64,000 nt of DNA from Mizuhopecten yessoensis (lineage: Eukaryota): the NCBI RefSeq assembly GCF_002113885.1, contig NW_018408780.1, positions 245,543-309,542 on the forward strand, written 5' to 3'. This document shows, one piece after another, positions 1 through 12,200 of the stretch (position 1 is its first letter; the number at the start of each line of letters is the position of its first letter). A model generated the notes under the pieces. The model had not been told where the DNA came from. It ran no database searches and worked only from the letters and a program-made list of their open reading frames with translations. A program made the translations under genes and the position numbers.

Positions 1-357
1 ATTTATTATGGTTTATAATGGCAAATGATACTTTGAATATTACATGTTAATAACTTGATTGGAATTATAACCTTGAGTTGACAGTTTGATACTTTGAAAA
101 TTTTGAGCCAGCCCTACCCCCAAGGGCTGTAGGGTGGGGCCCAAAGGAGTCAGTGTGCTAAGATTTCATTTTCCTTGTTTAGAATCAGAGGTGCTAGTTT
201 CAAATTCTTTTTAGTCTTAAATCTGTATGCTAGATATTGAATAAGGTGATTTTATTTTTTTTGTCACTTTGAATAATATTTCTGTACATGTTAAAAACAA
301 AATCAACTCTCTGTATACATATATCAGGTGACCGTTAAGGCCAGTGGGCCTCTTGTT
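1..357 (-). mobile_element. Partial bivalve-type non-autonomous repeat (Helentron/HINE-like)
   Basis: Terminus aacaagaggcccactggccttaacggtcacctg on the minus strand resembles the termini at 27890 and 18590. Confidence 0.45.
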
Positions 358-1130
358 GAGAAATAGCACAAACAAACTTCAACTCTCAACATGATTGTGG
401 TTGGCTAAATAATACTGGCTAAGGTGTGATTGGCTAAATAAGACTGGCCAAGGAGTGAAATATTATTTTGAGCAAGACAAAAAGTGTATAAGCGTAAACC
501 ATACTTTATGCTTGAGTTTTGAATTCTGCAGGTGAACTTGTGTTAAGTTTTGTCAGTTTACAGAAGATGCGCAAAAGTTTAAAATATCCTCATGTATTGT
601 CAAGCAGGTCATGTAGTCACAAGATACAGCTTGATGACAATGACCGCACAGAAATATATAACGCTAAGAAACCTATGACAAGACCAAACAATTGAAAACA
701 ATGAAAAAATATTTCGACACATTCTCATCTTAAATTTAATAGTTTCTTTTACAGTTTTATGATACAAAAACATTTTGGTAGAAAACAGTGTAAAACATAT
801 AAACAATATTTACATGTAAATATCGTCCGACACAACCAAGTTGTGGAAAAATATCACAAAGCAGAATGTTGTTCCTCGATCATTCGTGGAAATATCACAA
901 AGCAGAATATTGTTCATCCATGCTCAGACAGTCCAGGACACTTATCTGTCGAACTTGCTCATTATTGTATAGTGGCAAAATGTTATGCAAAATTTTATTT
1001 TCGCTTTATTCACAGTCTTGTCATCTGTGAATTATAAAACAGTATTTGGCCCATTGAGAGAACAATAATAAAAGTGACACCGTGACACTTACACTACTGT
1101 GAATATGGTATTGATATTAGACCCTGTAGG

Positions 1131-1445
1131 AATTAATTACTATACAGTACTGTGAACTGATCACTACCTACCACTGTATCACTATTACACTACAATTAAT
1201 TACTATACAGTACTGTGAACTGATCACTACCTACCACTGTATCACTATTACACTACAATTAAATACTATACAGTACTGTGAACTGATCACTACCCACCAC
1301 TGTATCACTATTACACTAAAATTAATTACTATACAGTGCTGTGAACTGATCACTACCCACCACTGTATCACTATTACACTACAATTAATTACTATAAAGT
1401 ACTGTGAACTGATCACTACCCACCACTGTATCACTATTACACTAC
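1131..1445. repeat. 63-bp minisatellite, about 5 copies
   Basis: Unit aattaattactatacagtactgtgaactgatcactacc(t/c)accactgtatcactattacactac. Confidence 0.95.
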
Positions 1446-2295
1446 TTTACTTCTACACTGTCCTGTACGTAACCAACTTCATACAAAGTCTAATTCTCAA
1501 TAACAAAGAGAAACAGACACATGAATACACTTTGTAGCTGCTATGACACAAAATGTATAGATTTTGGAGGGGGATTTATTTAAGAAATAAATAATCAATT
1601 ACCTTACAAATAATTTGAAATTCTGTAAAAACAGTTGATAGAAAATACACCTCCCAATAAATGGAGTTTACCGGGTATGTTGAGCAAGGTTTCTGTCAAA
1701 AGATTTAAAATTAATGTTCCAGTGTATTCATTAAAATAAATCTTTGAAAAGAAGTTTAATATAGAATCTATATACAAAAATGTTGTTTGCATGTGCTGAA
1801 ATGCAGACCTTCATGAAATATTGCAATTTGTGATGGGCATCTTGCGAATAAATAGAAATATGTACATTTACCAAAAATAACTATTTACAGTTGTCAACAG
1901 TATTGCATCATTCACCCCACACAGTGACAGTGTTCTCCTTTCTGGTAGGAGTTCACACTGACAAACCAGTTAAAACTAGAAAATGTCTGTAAAATATATG
2001 TATGCGCATGCCCCTACAACCACTTTGACAGAACCTGAGCCAAAGACAAAGTCAGTACATGGATTGAATAAATGTAGGTGACACTGATCCCTCAAAGTTT
2101 ATCCACATGTGAAGTTTGATAACTTTTTAACATCTGGTAAAAGTGCAATTGAACAAAACACGAAGTCTAACAATTATGTTGTACGAACAGACTGATGGAA
2201 AAGGAAAACACTAAACATTGTAAGGGCAGAAAATCAATCCTGTATGGTCATCCAGTTGTGTTAGTAATTATTTATGAAGGAACACAAGAATGTTC

Positions 2296-2464
2296 TATTC
2301 CGTCTTTGCGTATTGCAGAGTTATCTTCTCTTGTGAGCAGGTATGTGTGAGAAAACTACGTCGTTTTCTCAAAAATTGATGATGTTTCTCTCACAAACAA
2401 ATGACGAAACAATCAATACCTGCTCACAAGAGAAGATAACTCTGTTGTACGCAAAAACGGAATA
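2296..2464. mobile_element. Palindromic MITE with TA ends (Tc1/mariner-like), copy 1
   Basis: TATTCCGTCTTTGCGTATTGCAGAGTTATC...GATAACTCTG..TACGCAAAAACGGAATA inverted arms. Confidence 0.85.
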
Positions 2465-3021
2465 GTATAATGATAACATTTTTAAAGGGAGATAACTCTA
2501 ACATAAAATCACTGGTATACTGTATTTGACCACAAATATGCACCTACTTAAAAATGACTAATAAAACCCCTCCCCACTTTGGTAAATAACCCCAAATGTT
2601 ACAGGTTCTAGTTTTAGGTGGTTTATAAAAAGGAAATAATCATCCAAACTGGATAATTTGTTTTTAAATTTTATGTAGATTTTTAGACAACCAATGCATT
2701 ACTTATAACGGAATGATTAAAAAATGAATCAGGAATATTTTCATTACTCTCTATGAAGTGCACATATTTCTATTGTACATAAACGGAGTATAAAATTTCA
2801 AATAAATCAGGCATTTCGTTTTGACCAAACCACAGTGTGTGAATAGGACATTGAGAGTAGTGAATCCTACACCAAAAATTGCAACTGGTCAGTGAGTATC
2901 AATGTTGATCAAAACGCTGTAAATCTGTCGGTGTGGTAACATAGGTCTTTGTGTCAATACACACTATTTTATGTGCTAACATTACACAATATCATACAAT
3001 ATCATTTCAAAATGTAATTTT

Positions 3022-3268
3022 TCAGTTTGTGTCATCACTGCTTTCTGTGTCTGAATCCGAACTACTTTCATCTGAACTGTCTTTTCTCTTCTTTGTTTTC
3101 CTTGAATTGATATGAGAGTTCTTTCCCTTGACAGAATGGGATGAGAGGGAGCCACTGGGTGGCTGTGTGGTGTACACGTTCTGTGTACTGGAGACACGAT
3201 CTGTGCTAATCTTGCTGTTCCCCGTCGCTGATACTGGCCTTGTCTTGGTTTTCATTCGAATTGTTGGG
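3022..3268 (-). CDS. CSTPP1: CSTPP1 main terminal exon (PTIRMKTKTRPVSA...RKTKKRKDSSDESSSDSDTESSDDTN*)
   Basis: ttttttcag acceptor, phase 2; basic-then-acidic Ser-rich tail resembling the human C11orf49 C-terminus; lies within ORF 3022..3306. Confidence 0.85.
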
Positions 3269-6200
3269 CTGAAAAAATACAATTGAAAACTTTTTGTATC
3301 CTTCATATATAACTGTTTTACAACTGAACTGATAAAATGCTTAACTTTAAATAACTCCAGTTACAAAAACTTTCAGCACTCGAACAAAACAAACCCTGTC
3401 TACCATTTAAATGATATTCCCAAAGTCAAACCTTGTTCGTCCCAACACTGAAACACACATTCATTGAAGAATTTTGTAGGATCTGGTCAAAGATTCTACA
3501 AGTGAACAAATCATTCTTAGGAAATTAACAACACAAACAATTCAATTTAGTATTGCGCAGGAGCTGTATCTTTATGTGCAAGCCACTAGTCTTTTTTCAA
3601 CCTGGTTAATATCTCATGTATAAGCCTGCTTGTGCTGGAGATGTTATAATTGGGTTCCCCATGCTTCCAAAGGCAGTATTTTTTTTATAGAACCACCTCA
3701 TTCAAAGGTTACAACACAGGCACAGGACACCCACCCCTAGCTGTTTTGTATACTCGGGGTGGGGGTTGGGGTCTGTCTTCATTACATCGTGTTGATGATG
3801 TGTGGGAAAGAAGAAAAAACACTCTTTCTCTGAAAATTCCAGGCAACGATAAACCCCAACTGTCTTTGAAGTTTGTGAAAGGCTAGAGTATTAACTATGT
3901 GGTTATGCTGGTGGAAATTTGATCGACAGTTTTGCAGTATAGATATTTCTAGATGGACCATAGTTAATTTTGAGAAATGTGATCATCAGCTGCCAATACA
4001 TATAGTCTTCTGGAATGCAAATTTCCTTATTATTAACAAGTAAAAATAGTAGGTACAAAGGTATAAAGATTTTTCTCAAGATTAATGGAGCTCGGATTGA
4101 TGATGTTTGACTGTACACAATAAATCCAGAGAACTAAAATCGGTAACAAATCTCAAAATAAAAACATGCAGAGATGTAATTTCCATTATCATACAAATCT
4201 GAAACTTTTCATTTGTTAAACGGAAATTCTGCACAGTCTCTTTCACTTGTAAACATAGTTTCTGAAAGGAAATTGCGCACAAATTAATATAGAACAGTTA
4301 ATGTTAAAACATCTCACGGGTATCTGTGCTTATGACTATATAAAAGATAATTCAGTTCACAGGCTGATTATATTATATAGTGTGCAGCAGTGAGGCAGAT
4401 AGGTCGTGATAATATAACACAGTGAGGCAGATAGGTCGTGATAATTAACACAGGTAAGCACTTATCATCAAGGGTAAGGTATACACACACATGAAGACAG
4501 AAAGTACACAGGAGATTAGGAAATTAGAATATTGCAGCGATCATTTTATTATGTTGAGTGTAACCTGTGTAAACTCAATCCTGTATATATCATTTAACCT
4601 ATTCCTAAACATCTAAATGTAACTTCTCTACACCGAACCCTATATAATCTGGAACCTTGCATGAGCTTGATTTGTGTACTTGTGACCTGTTACACTGACC
4701 TTTGTCAGCAAAGTTGTGCTTTATACATTTCTATGTAGAACCTGAGTAAATCTAAAACATTTCTAATCTGACAGGAAGTTTTGTTCATTGTGTGTTTGAG
4801 GCAAGTTTAATGGTACAAATATGGAAAGAAAAAGTAATAATCTTAGAATCATTCAGTTACAAATCAAATGTATTTTCAGAAAATAAAGATTATACAGCAT
4901 TCAATGTTTTTGTGAACTTTGTAAAGTTATATGCAAAAAAAATATATATAAAATTATATAAAATTATTTTCTTTATAATAATCATGCAGAGTTTCAATGA
5001 ATTATTTTATTCCTTGATATTAAAATGAATTTCAAACAGAATATTTAAATACATGCATATTTGAATAATATTACAAATATAGTAAATTCATCAGTAGATA
5101 TATTGAGATGACTATGCTAAAATGTATACCATGCATCTGACTACATCTAGGATTACAAACCAAACTTTAGCAGCTTGAGATATGTACATACATATAAAAT
5201 TTGATATAAAATTTCAGAAGAATACTAAGTGCAGTACATGTTTTCAAAACATGAAAAGGCATCACAATGCTTTTTAAATCTTCACTATAATACTGTTTAA
5301 AATGTTTGCATACAGAAATAACTTGTGGGTGCAAACTTGATGCTTCATTCATATTACTTCTATATTAGTAATATTACTTTCAGAAGGCCTAGGGACAATT
5401 CCTTGTGCAAGAAAATACAAGAAGAAACTCAGCTCAAAAATATAGGTGCACAAATCCCATCTTTTTTGTTTGATAGTACAATTTTTGCACATCAGAAAAA
5501 TGAGGGTGTAGGAAATTAGAAAATACTAATATTAATAAAGCCACTTTGTCAATTTCTATATTTTTTTCTATCAAAATCAGTCAAATTGTCTAAATTTAAA
5601 TATCACTTACTGACAACATTTATTAGACTGGAATTATATGTGAGCCTGTTTAGATTATTTATGCTGTCGTTATAGATAAACATTCTTCCTTTATTTTTCA
5701 CGGACAGGAGAAAGTGCACTTGTAGGGATGAACATAAGTGTCACCAGTCAGAAACTTCACTAAGAAATAAAAACATTTGTTCAGAGAAATGTTATATAGA
5801 CAGTCAATCAGAATCAGAATGTATTGATATAGAAGTACTGTATTTGTCCAGCAATAAGCCCATGCCTGATAATAAGCCCATCCAATACTATCAAATGATA
5901 TATTCCGTCTTTTCGTATTGCAGAGTTATCTGCTCTTGTGAGCAGGTATTGATTGTTACGTTATTTGTTTGTGAGAGTAACGTCATCAATTTTTGAGAAA
6001 ACAACGTAATTTTCTCACACAAACCAATGACGCAACAATCAATACCTGCTCACAAGAGAAGATAACTCTGCTATACGCAAAGACGGAATAGCATGACAAT
6101 CAACCAGCATCACTATGTATTAATATAGATGTACTGTATTTGTCCAGCAATATGCCCATGCCTTGTAATAAGCCCATCCATATCAAATACAGTCCAGTAA

Positions 6201-9200
6201 AATCAATACTATCACATGCTATTTCTTTGTCTTGCAGTAAGACCTACCCCTACTTTTCCAACACTTGTTTGGCCCCCTGGCTTACTACAGGTTAAATACG
6301 GCATGACATATAGAAGATATCAACGAAGCGAAGGTTGGTTTGGAGTTGTATACATTACAGTGAGTTAATTATCAAGTATTATAACTAACAACCTTCAATT
6401 ATAGGTTAAAATTGAGATTTAACTCATGGAATATAAAGTGAATATAAATCACATTCAATCTGTTCCACCCAACACACAAATTATTAAACCAAAATCGTGT
6501 GATATCATGCCATGTCAGGTTATTTCACGGTGTGAAATTACCTATATAAAATAAAGCCGTGGGTAGCGAGTGGTGAAATTATTGGAGAAATGAAAGTGTT
6601 TTACAGAATATAGACATTTGCAGCTTTGTCTACAGAAATAAATAAGCAGATAATACAAACAAATCTTTACCTAGGTCTGAAGCACAATGGACATGCAATA
6701 AAACATGAAAATCTGTTAGTTTACACACAAGCAAAATAAAAAAGGTAGTCTTTACAATGACTCATGATCCAGATTATGATCAATTAGTAACACCTATTAA
6801 TTAGGCATAAATAAAATGTCACCTAGTTTACAGTGTTGAAACTACAGAGACAACACTTAAAAAGGGTGAAAAAAGAAGAATGTGAAAAAAAAGTTCTGAT
6901 AAAAAATTCACTGCTTCCTTCACATTTTACTTGTTATATTTTCTGTTATTTTGTTTATTTAAAAAAAACTAACTAAAATAAGCAATGTTAATATTGAAAA
7001 AAAAATATGAAGTTGCCACATTTAATTCTATCTATAGGTGTAGTAATGTATATGCGATGTTTATCTACATTTGGGTGATAAAAATACTACCAGTTCCCAT
7101 GCATGAAATAACAAAAGTCACAGGGGGTTGTAACATTCTTTTTCGTTCGGCTCACAGGGTACAGTAAATTGAGATCGGTGTAAACATTAACATGCTGAGG
7201 TGATTTACACTCTTTACACACTGTTCATTTCATACATAATTTTTCAAAAACTGCTTTAAAATTAATTACTGACAATATGAATGTGTCTGTCAGAGTTTAT
7301 GAAGAGAACATTGGATAAGAGCACCTCACCAAAATACCCATTCTTACACTATGTCAATACACATTAATCAAACCACCACCACCACTAACCCAGCCAGTAC
7401 TAATCCAGTTCTCTCAGTATCCAACCTGTATTTTAGGAAACAAGTTGTCCCACTATTAAGCCAGTGTTTTAGGGAAAAGATTTTTTCCTGGTCCATCTAT
7501 GCAGCTAGCATCGTAGTGTTTCAGGAGACCCATATATCTTTCCCTATGTTAAAATGTACCAGTAACCAAGTTATCTCACTATCCCGTTAGGTTTTTTTGG
7601 AGTGAAGGTGTCCGGATTACTGACGACCCTTCGTACATATTTTTTATATCTCCAGTAAGATAAAAGAAATATACAAGGCCCTGTGACTCAAGTCTACAAC
7701 ATCAGTTCTACCCTTTGACCTAACTACTGACAAGACATGTGCATTATACATACAAATTCTCTACCTGCTTTTACCATCTACATATACCGGTATATACGTT
7801 ATGTATACTTTAAGCAAAACCCAAATATACAAATTTCTACAAAATTACAATAAGAAAATTCTACCTCATTTTCCAAACAATGGATTTGCTTCCTTTTATT
7901 TGCAAATATTTGTAAATATGTGTGGGAAATATCCGATACTTGCACCAAAGTTAAGTGAGACTTTTTCTTTTTCCTGAAAAAATATGAATACTACAATGTT
8001 TGTTTTCCTTACTTTATTTCTTAAAATATATTCTTAACTCTGATAACCACTGTTGCCGAGTATCATTCAAACAGAATTGGAAGCAAAGCATTAAAAATGG
8101 AATTTTTAGAAAATCAAGTCTATTTTGTTTTCTTTTATAAACAGGTACTAAACTGAATAAGGTTTTTTTATTAATCCTATTTTTACAGAGAATACCATTA
8201 GCCTACTTGCCTGTGCCTTAACTGAACAAGTTTTAATGGTTGAAAAGCTCAGGACTATGTGCAGTAAACATCCCCCCCCCCTGATTAAGCTTCTAAATTA
8301 AAATAGGGTAATGAATCAATTGTTCTTTTCTTGTGCTTTCTAGAAATGAATTATGAAGTTATATTTTAGTAATTAATATCGCATATATTTTTATTGGATG
8401 ATAATTTGACCTGAAGATAACATAATATCAATATATAATGTTATATAAATATAGAGTGTACAATATGTGTGAATGTAATAAAGTATACCATATTTGCCGT
8501 ATGTTTCAGCAGTGAAATAAGGGGCCATAACTCTGTTAATAACAGTCTGATAATGTAGTTATCAAACTTCTCACAACTATCAAGACTATCAACCTACCTA
8601 TGAAGGCTGGATTTTATCTGTTGATAATTACCCAAGATATTGAGCAGACACTGTTTCAATAGTTGAATAAAGAGCTGTAATTCCATAAATTACAGTAAGA
8701 TAATTTTGTTCATCAAATCTGTCCAAGTTGTCATGGTAATTAACCTATATATGAAGTTTGAAGTTAATCTGTTGAAAAATACTTCAGACATGGAGCAAAC
8801 ACTCTTTTGGCAAATAAGTAAAGGGCAGTAACTCCTTAAAATATGCTTGGATAATTCTGGTTATCAAACTTGTCTGAGGTTTCGTGGTACCTTCTTCTGA
8901 AGTTTAAAGTTATCCATTGAAAAGTACTCAACATATCGAGCGGACACTATGTGCCTACCCACCTACCTGTCCACCCACATAACATATTACACCTGTCTTT
9001 CAACGAGTGTATTATTACCACTGAAGATAATCTGCATCTGTTTTCTACTTTAAAGCACTAGTCATTGTCTGTTATGGGCTATAACCTGAACCCTTTCACC
9101 ACTGTAGACCATAATGGACTCATCCTGATCAATGGGTGGAAGTGTCTACTAAAATTACATAGGGTTGAAAGGGTTAAGATTAGGGTATCTGAAACTATGG

Positions 9201-12200
9201 AGACCATTATATAAGGACTACAGTGGTATAAAAACCTGGTGACAAGTTTGGTCGAGGGGGTACAGTGTTGAACACTCAGGTGCTCCAGGCATGTTCTTAC
9301 TGATAAAATATAGGGTGAGGGTTGACTCTCACGGCAAATACGGTACCACTCTATTGTTTGTGCAAATGACTGGGTAAACTGCTTAAATTAATTGTGTGTC
9401 ATGTAAGCAATTTTACCGATTTAATGTCATTTATAAGGAATACATATTAAATTTGATTTCATTACATTTTCATGTTAAAAAGATAAGTAGCAATGATCAA
9501 ACGCAAGGCAGTGTAATTGCCAAATTTCAAGACAATAAAATTTGCAAAGCAATGTTGAGTGACAAATTAGGTTTTCACATCAGCAGCTGATAGATACCTG
9601 GCATGAGCTTGGGGATTTGGCACTGTCAGTTGAGGATTAATAGCCACAGTTTGACCGCTAGGATTTCTGTAAAATGGTCAACATGGTCACACAACACACT
9701 TTATACAGAAAAGAATTATTAATACATATACAAAAGAAAATAATTCAAAATAGTAAATAAATATATCGACAATATCAAACAACATCAAGTAGCTATATAG
9801 TATATACTTTATATCAATATTATATTAGTCAAGGCCATTATGGCTTTACAGTATCTAGGTCAAGCATGATTAAAAACAGTAACATGCAAAACAAAGTATG
9901 TCTATATTCCTTGTATATAAACAAGGTTAAGCGTCACTTAAAAATTGTAATAGTCAAGGTCAAGCTTCAGTTTACATTATATTAGTCAAGGTCAAGCATC
10001 ATCATAGATTAATTGTAATATTCAGGGTCAAGCTTCAGGATACATTATAACAGCCAAGGTCATGCATCAGTGTGTATTATATATAATCAAGGTCAAACAT
10101 CAGCATGTTTACATTATAATAATAGTCAAGGTCAAACATCAGCATGTTTACATTATAATAGTCAAGGTCAAACATCAGCACATATACATTATAATAGTCA
10201 AGGTCAAACATCAGCACATGTACATTATAATAATCAAGGTCAAAGTCAAGGTCAAACATCAGCAGGTTTACATTATAATAGTCAAGGTCAAACATCAGCA
10301 TGTATACATTATAATATTCAAGGTCAAACATCAGCACGTATACATTATAATAGTCAAGGTCAAACATCAACACTTATACATTATAATAGTCAAGGTCAAA
10401 CATCAGCCCTTACACATTATAACAGTCAAGGTCAAACATCAGCATGTATACATTATAACAGTCAAGGTCAAACATCAGCATGTATACATTATAATAGTCG
10501 AGGTCAAACATCAGCGTGTATACATTATAATAGTCGAGGTCAAACATCAGCACGTATACATTATAATAGTCGAGGTCAAACATCAGCGTGTATACAATTA
10601 TAAAAGTCAAGTTCAAAGCAACACAAAACTGACATATAATATAGATCTCTTCATAAAACCATTTCTTCTAACAGAAATTATATAAGATTATGTGTTGCCT
10701 TCCAGGACTCTATAAATACAGCATCAATCGCTACTACATATTATAGGCATTCCTGTCTTATAATGTATGTTATCCTGTAAGTGAACTTCTCTGATAAAAC
10801 GGGCTGCAGAGAACATGATCATCAATTGTTTTCACTTTTTCTGTAAAAAAGATCATTTTCAGGTTCCATACCATCTATGTACATGTATCAAATCAGATTG
10901 GAAAAAATTACCCTATCAACAAAGTCTAAAGATGATCTGTTAAACAGGTAAACAAAATATATCTGAAAGGTCAATTATGATGCATGTACCATAATATTAA
11001 AATACATGGAAACATGAAGGAGGTAAAATGGTGTATATGTATATCAAAACTACATAACTCACATTTCATTTCAACAAAACTGGTATATTTTATTTCAAAC
11101 AAATTATACAAGCTCTATATATTATAAAATCCACTGTATATATGAAAACATAATCTGTTGTACATACATTCTTGGTTAGGTATAAAATGTAATAACTAAG
11201 TACCAATATGTACAGTTATAAACGTGTTTATAAAGAACCCAACAGTGGACAGATGACCATGCATTTGATGATGTCCAAGGAACGATACCTAGTGGACAGC
11301 TGACCGTACGTGCATTTGATGATGTCCAAGGGACGATGCCTTAAAATCACATGTGTTCATTATAAACATATTTTACAAATGTACATGGAACTAATTACTA
11401 ATATATATGTATAAACTTGATTTCTTTGGCAAAATCATACATTCAAATCCCTACATCAGTAACCACATAAGTAAACACATATCACTGACCTGTCCACCAA
11501 TGTAGAAAATTAATTTGTCATCTCTCTGAAAGTCTAGGTGCTTTAGATTTCATGGAGGACTTTTCAACCAAAATAATTATGACAGAAAAATAGCCTGTAG
11601 GCAATGTTAACAACATTGGTGAGAATTGTTTCTCTTTGAACACCAGGCAAAGTAGGTGGAGATTATTCAATATGTTTATACAGAGAAACCTCTATATAAC
11701 GTCCCTCACTTTGTTTTCCAACCCACTTTATTGCCAAACTTTACACATACTTCAAAGTTCCCTTTTCCCTATGAATATTTCTTTTTATTCCTCCCTTAAA
11801 AACATTACCAAAACCCTTTATAATTGCAAACTCCTTTGTAATCCAAAACTTTTTTATAATCCCAGACTCGGTTGTGACACCTAAGTCTATGAAATGCTTA
11901 ATTAAAATAATACAAACGGGGGCAGTATACACGATAATACAAACGGGGGCAGTATACACGATAATACAAACGGGGGCAGTATACACGAAGGGTTTACCCC
12001 ATTCTCACCTGTATAACACACAAACTGGTAACTAACCAAACATAATTCAGGGTTTACTTTCAGACAGGTGACAAAAAAATATATATACAAACTTCGATCC
12101 ACACAACATTCTGAACACAATTTTTTTACATTGTTGAACACATATATTACATAAAGACGATCATTGAAAAAATTGGCTTAAAAATATTACTCCAGACTCA

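Noticed and set aside
5611-5663. Strong minus-strand GTAAGT donor at 5610 as another CSTPP1 cassette
   Set aside because: Nearby acceptors give 17, 35 or 53 nt, none frame-preserving.
10062-10685. 207-aa and 177-aa ORFs
   Set aside because: Translations of a 36-bp minisatellite; no splice or homology support.
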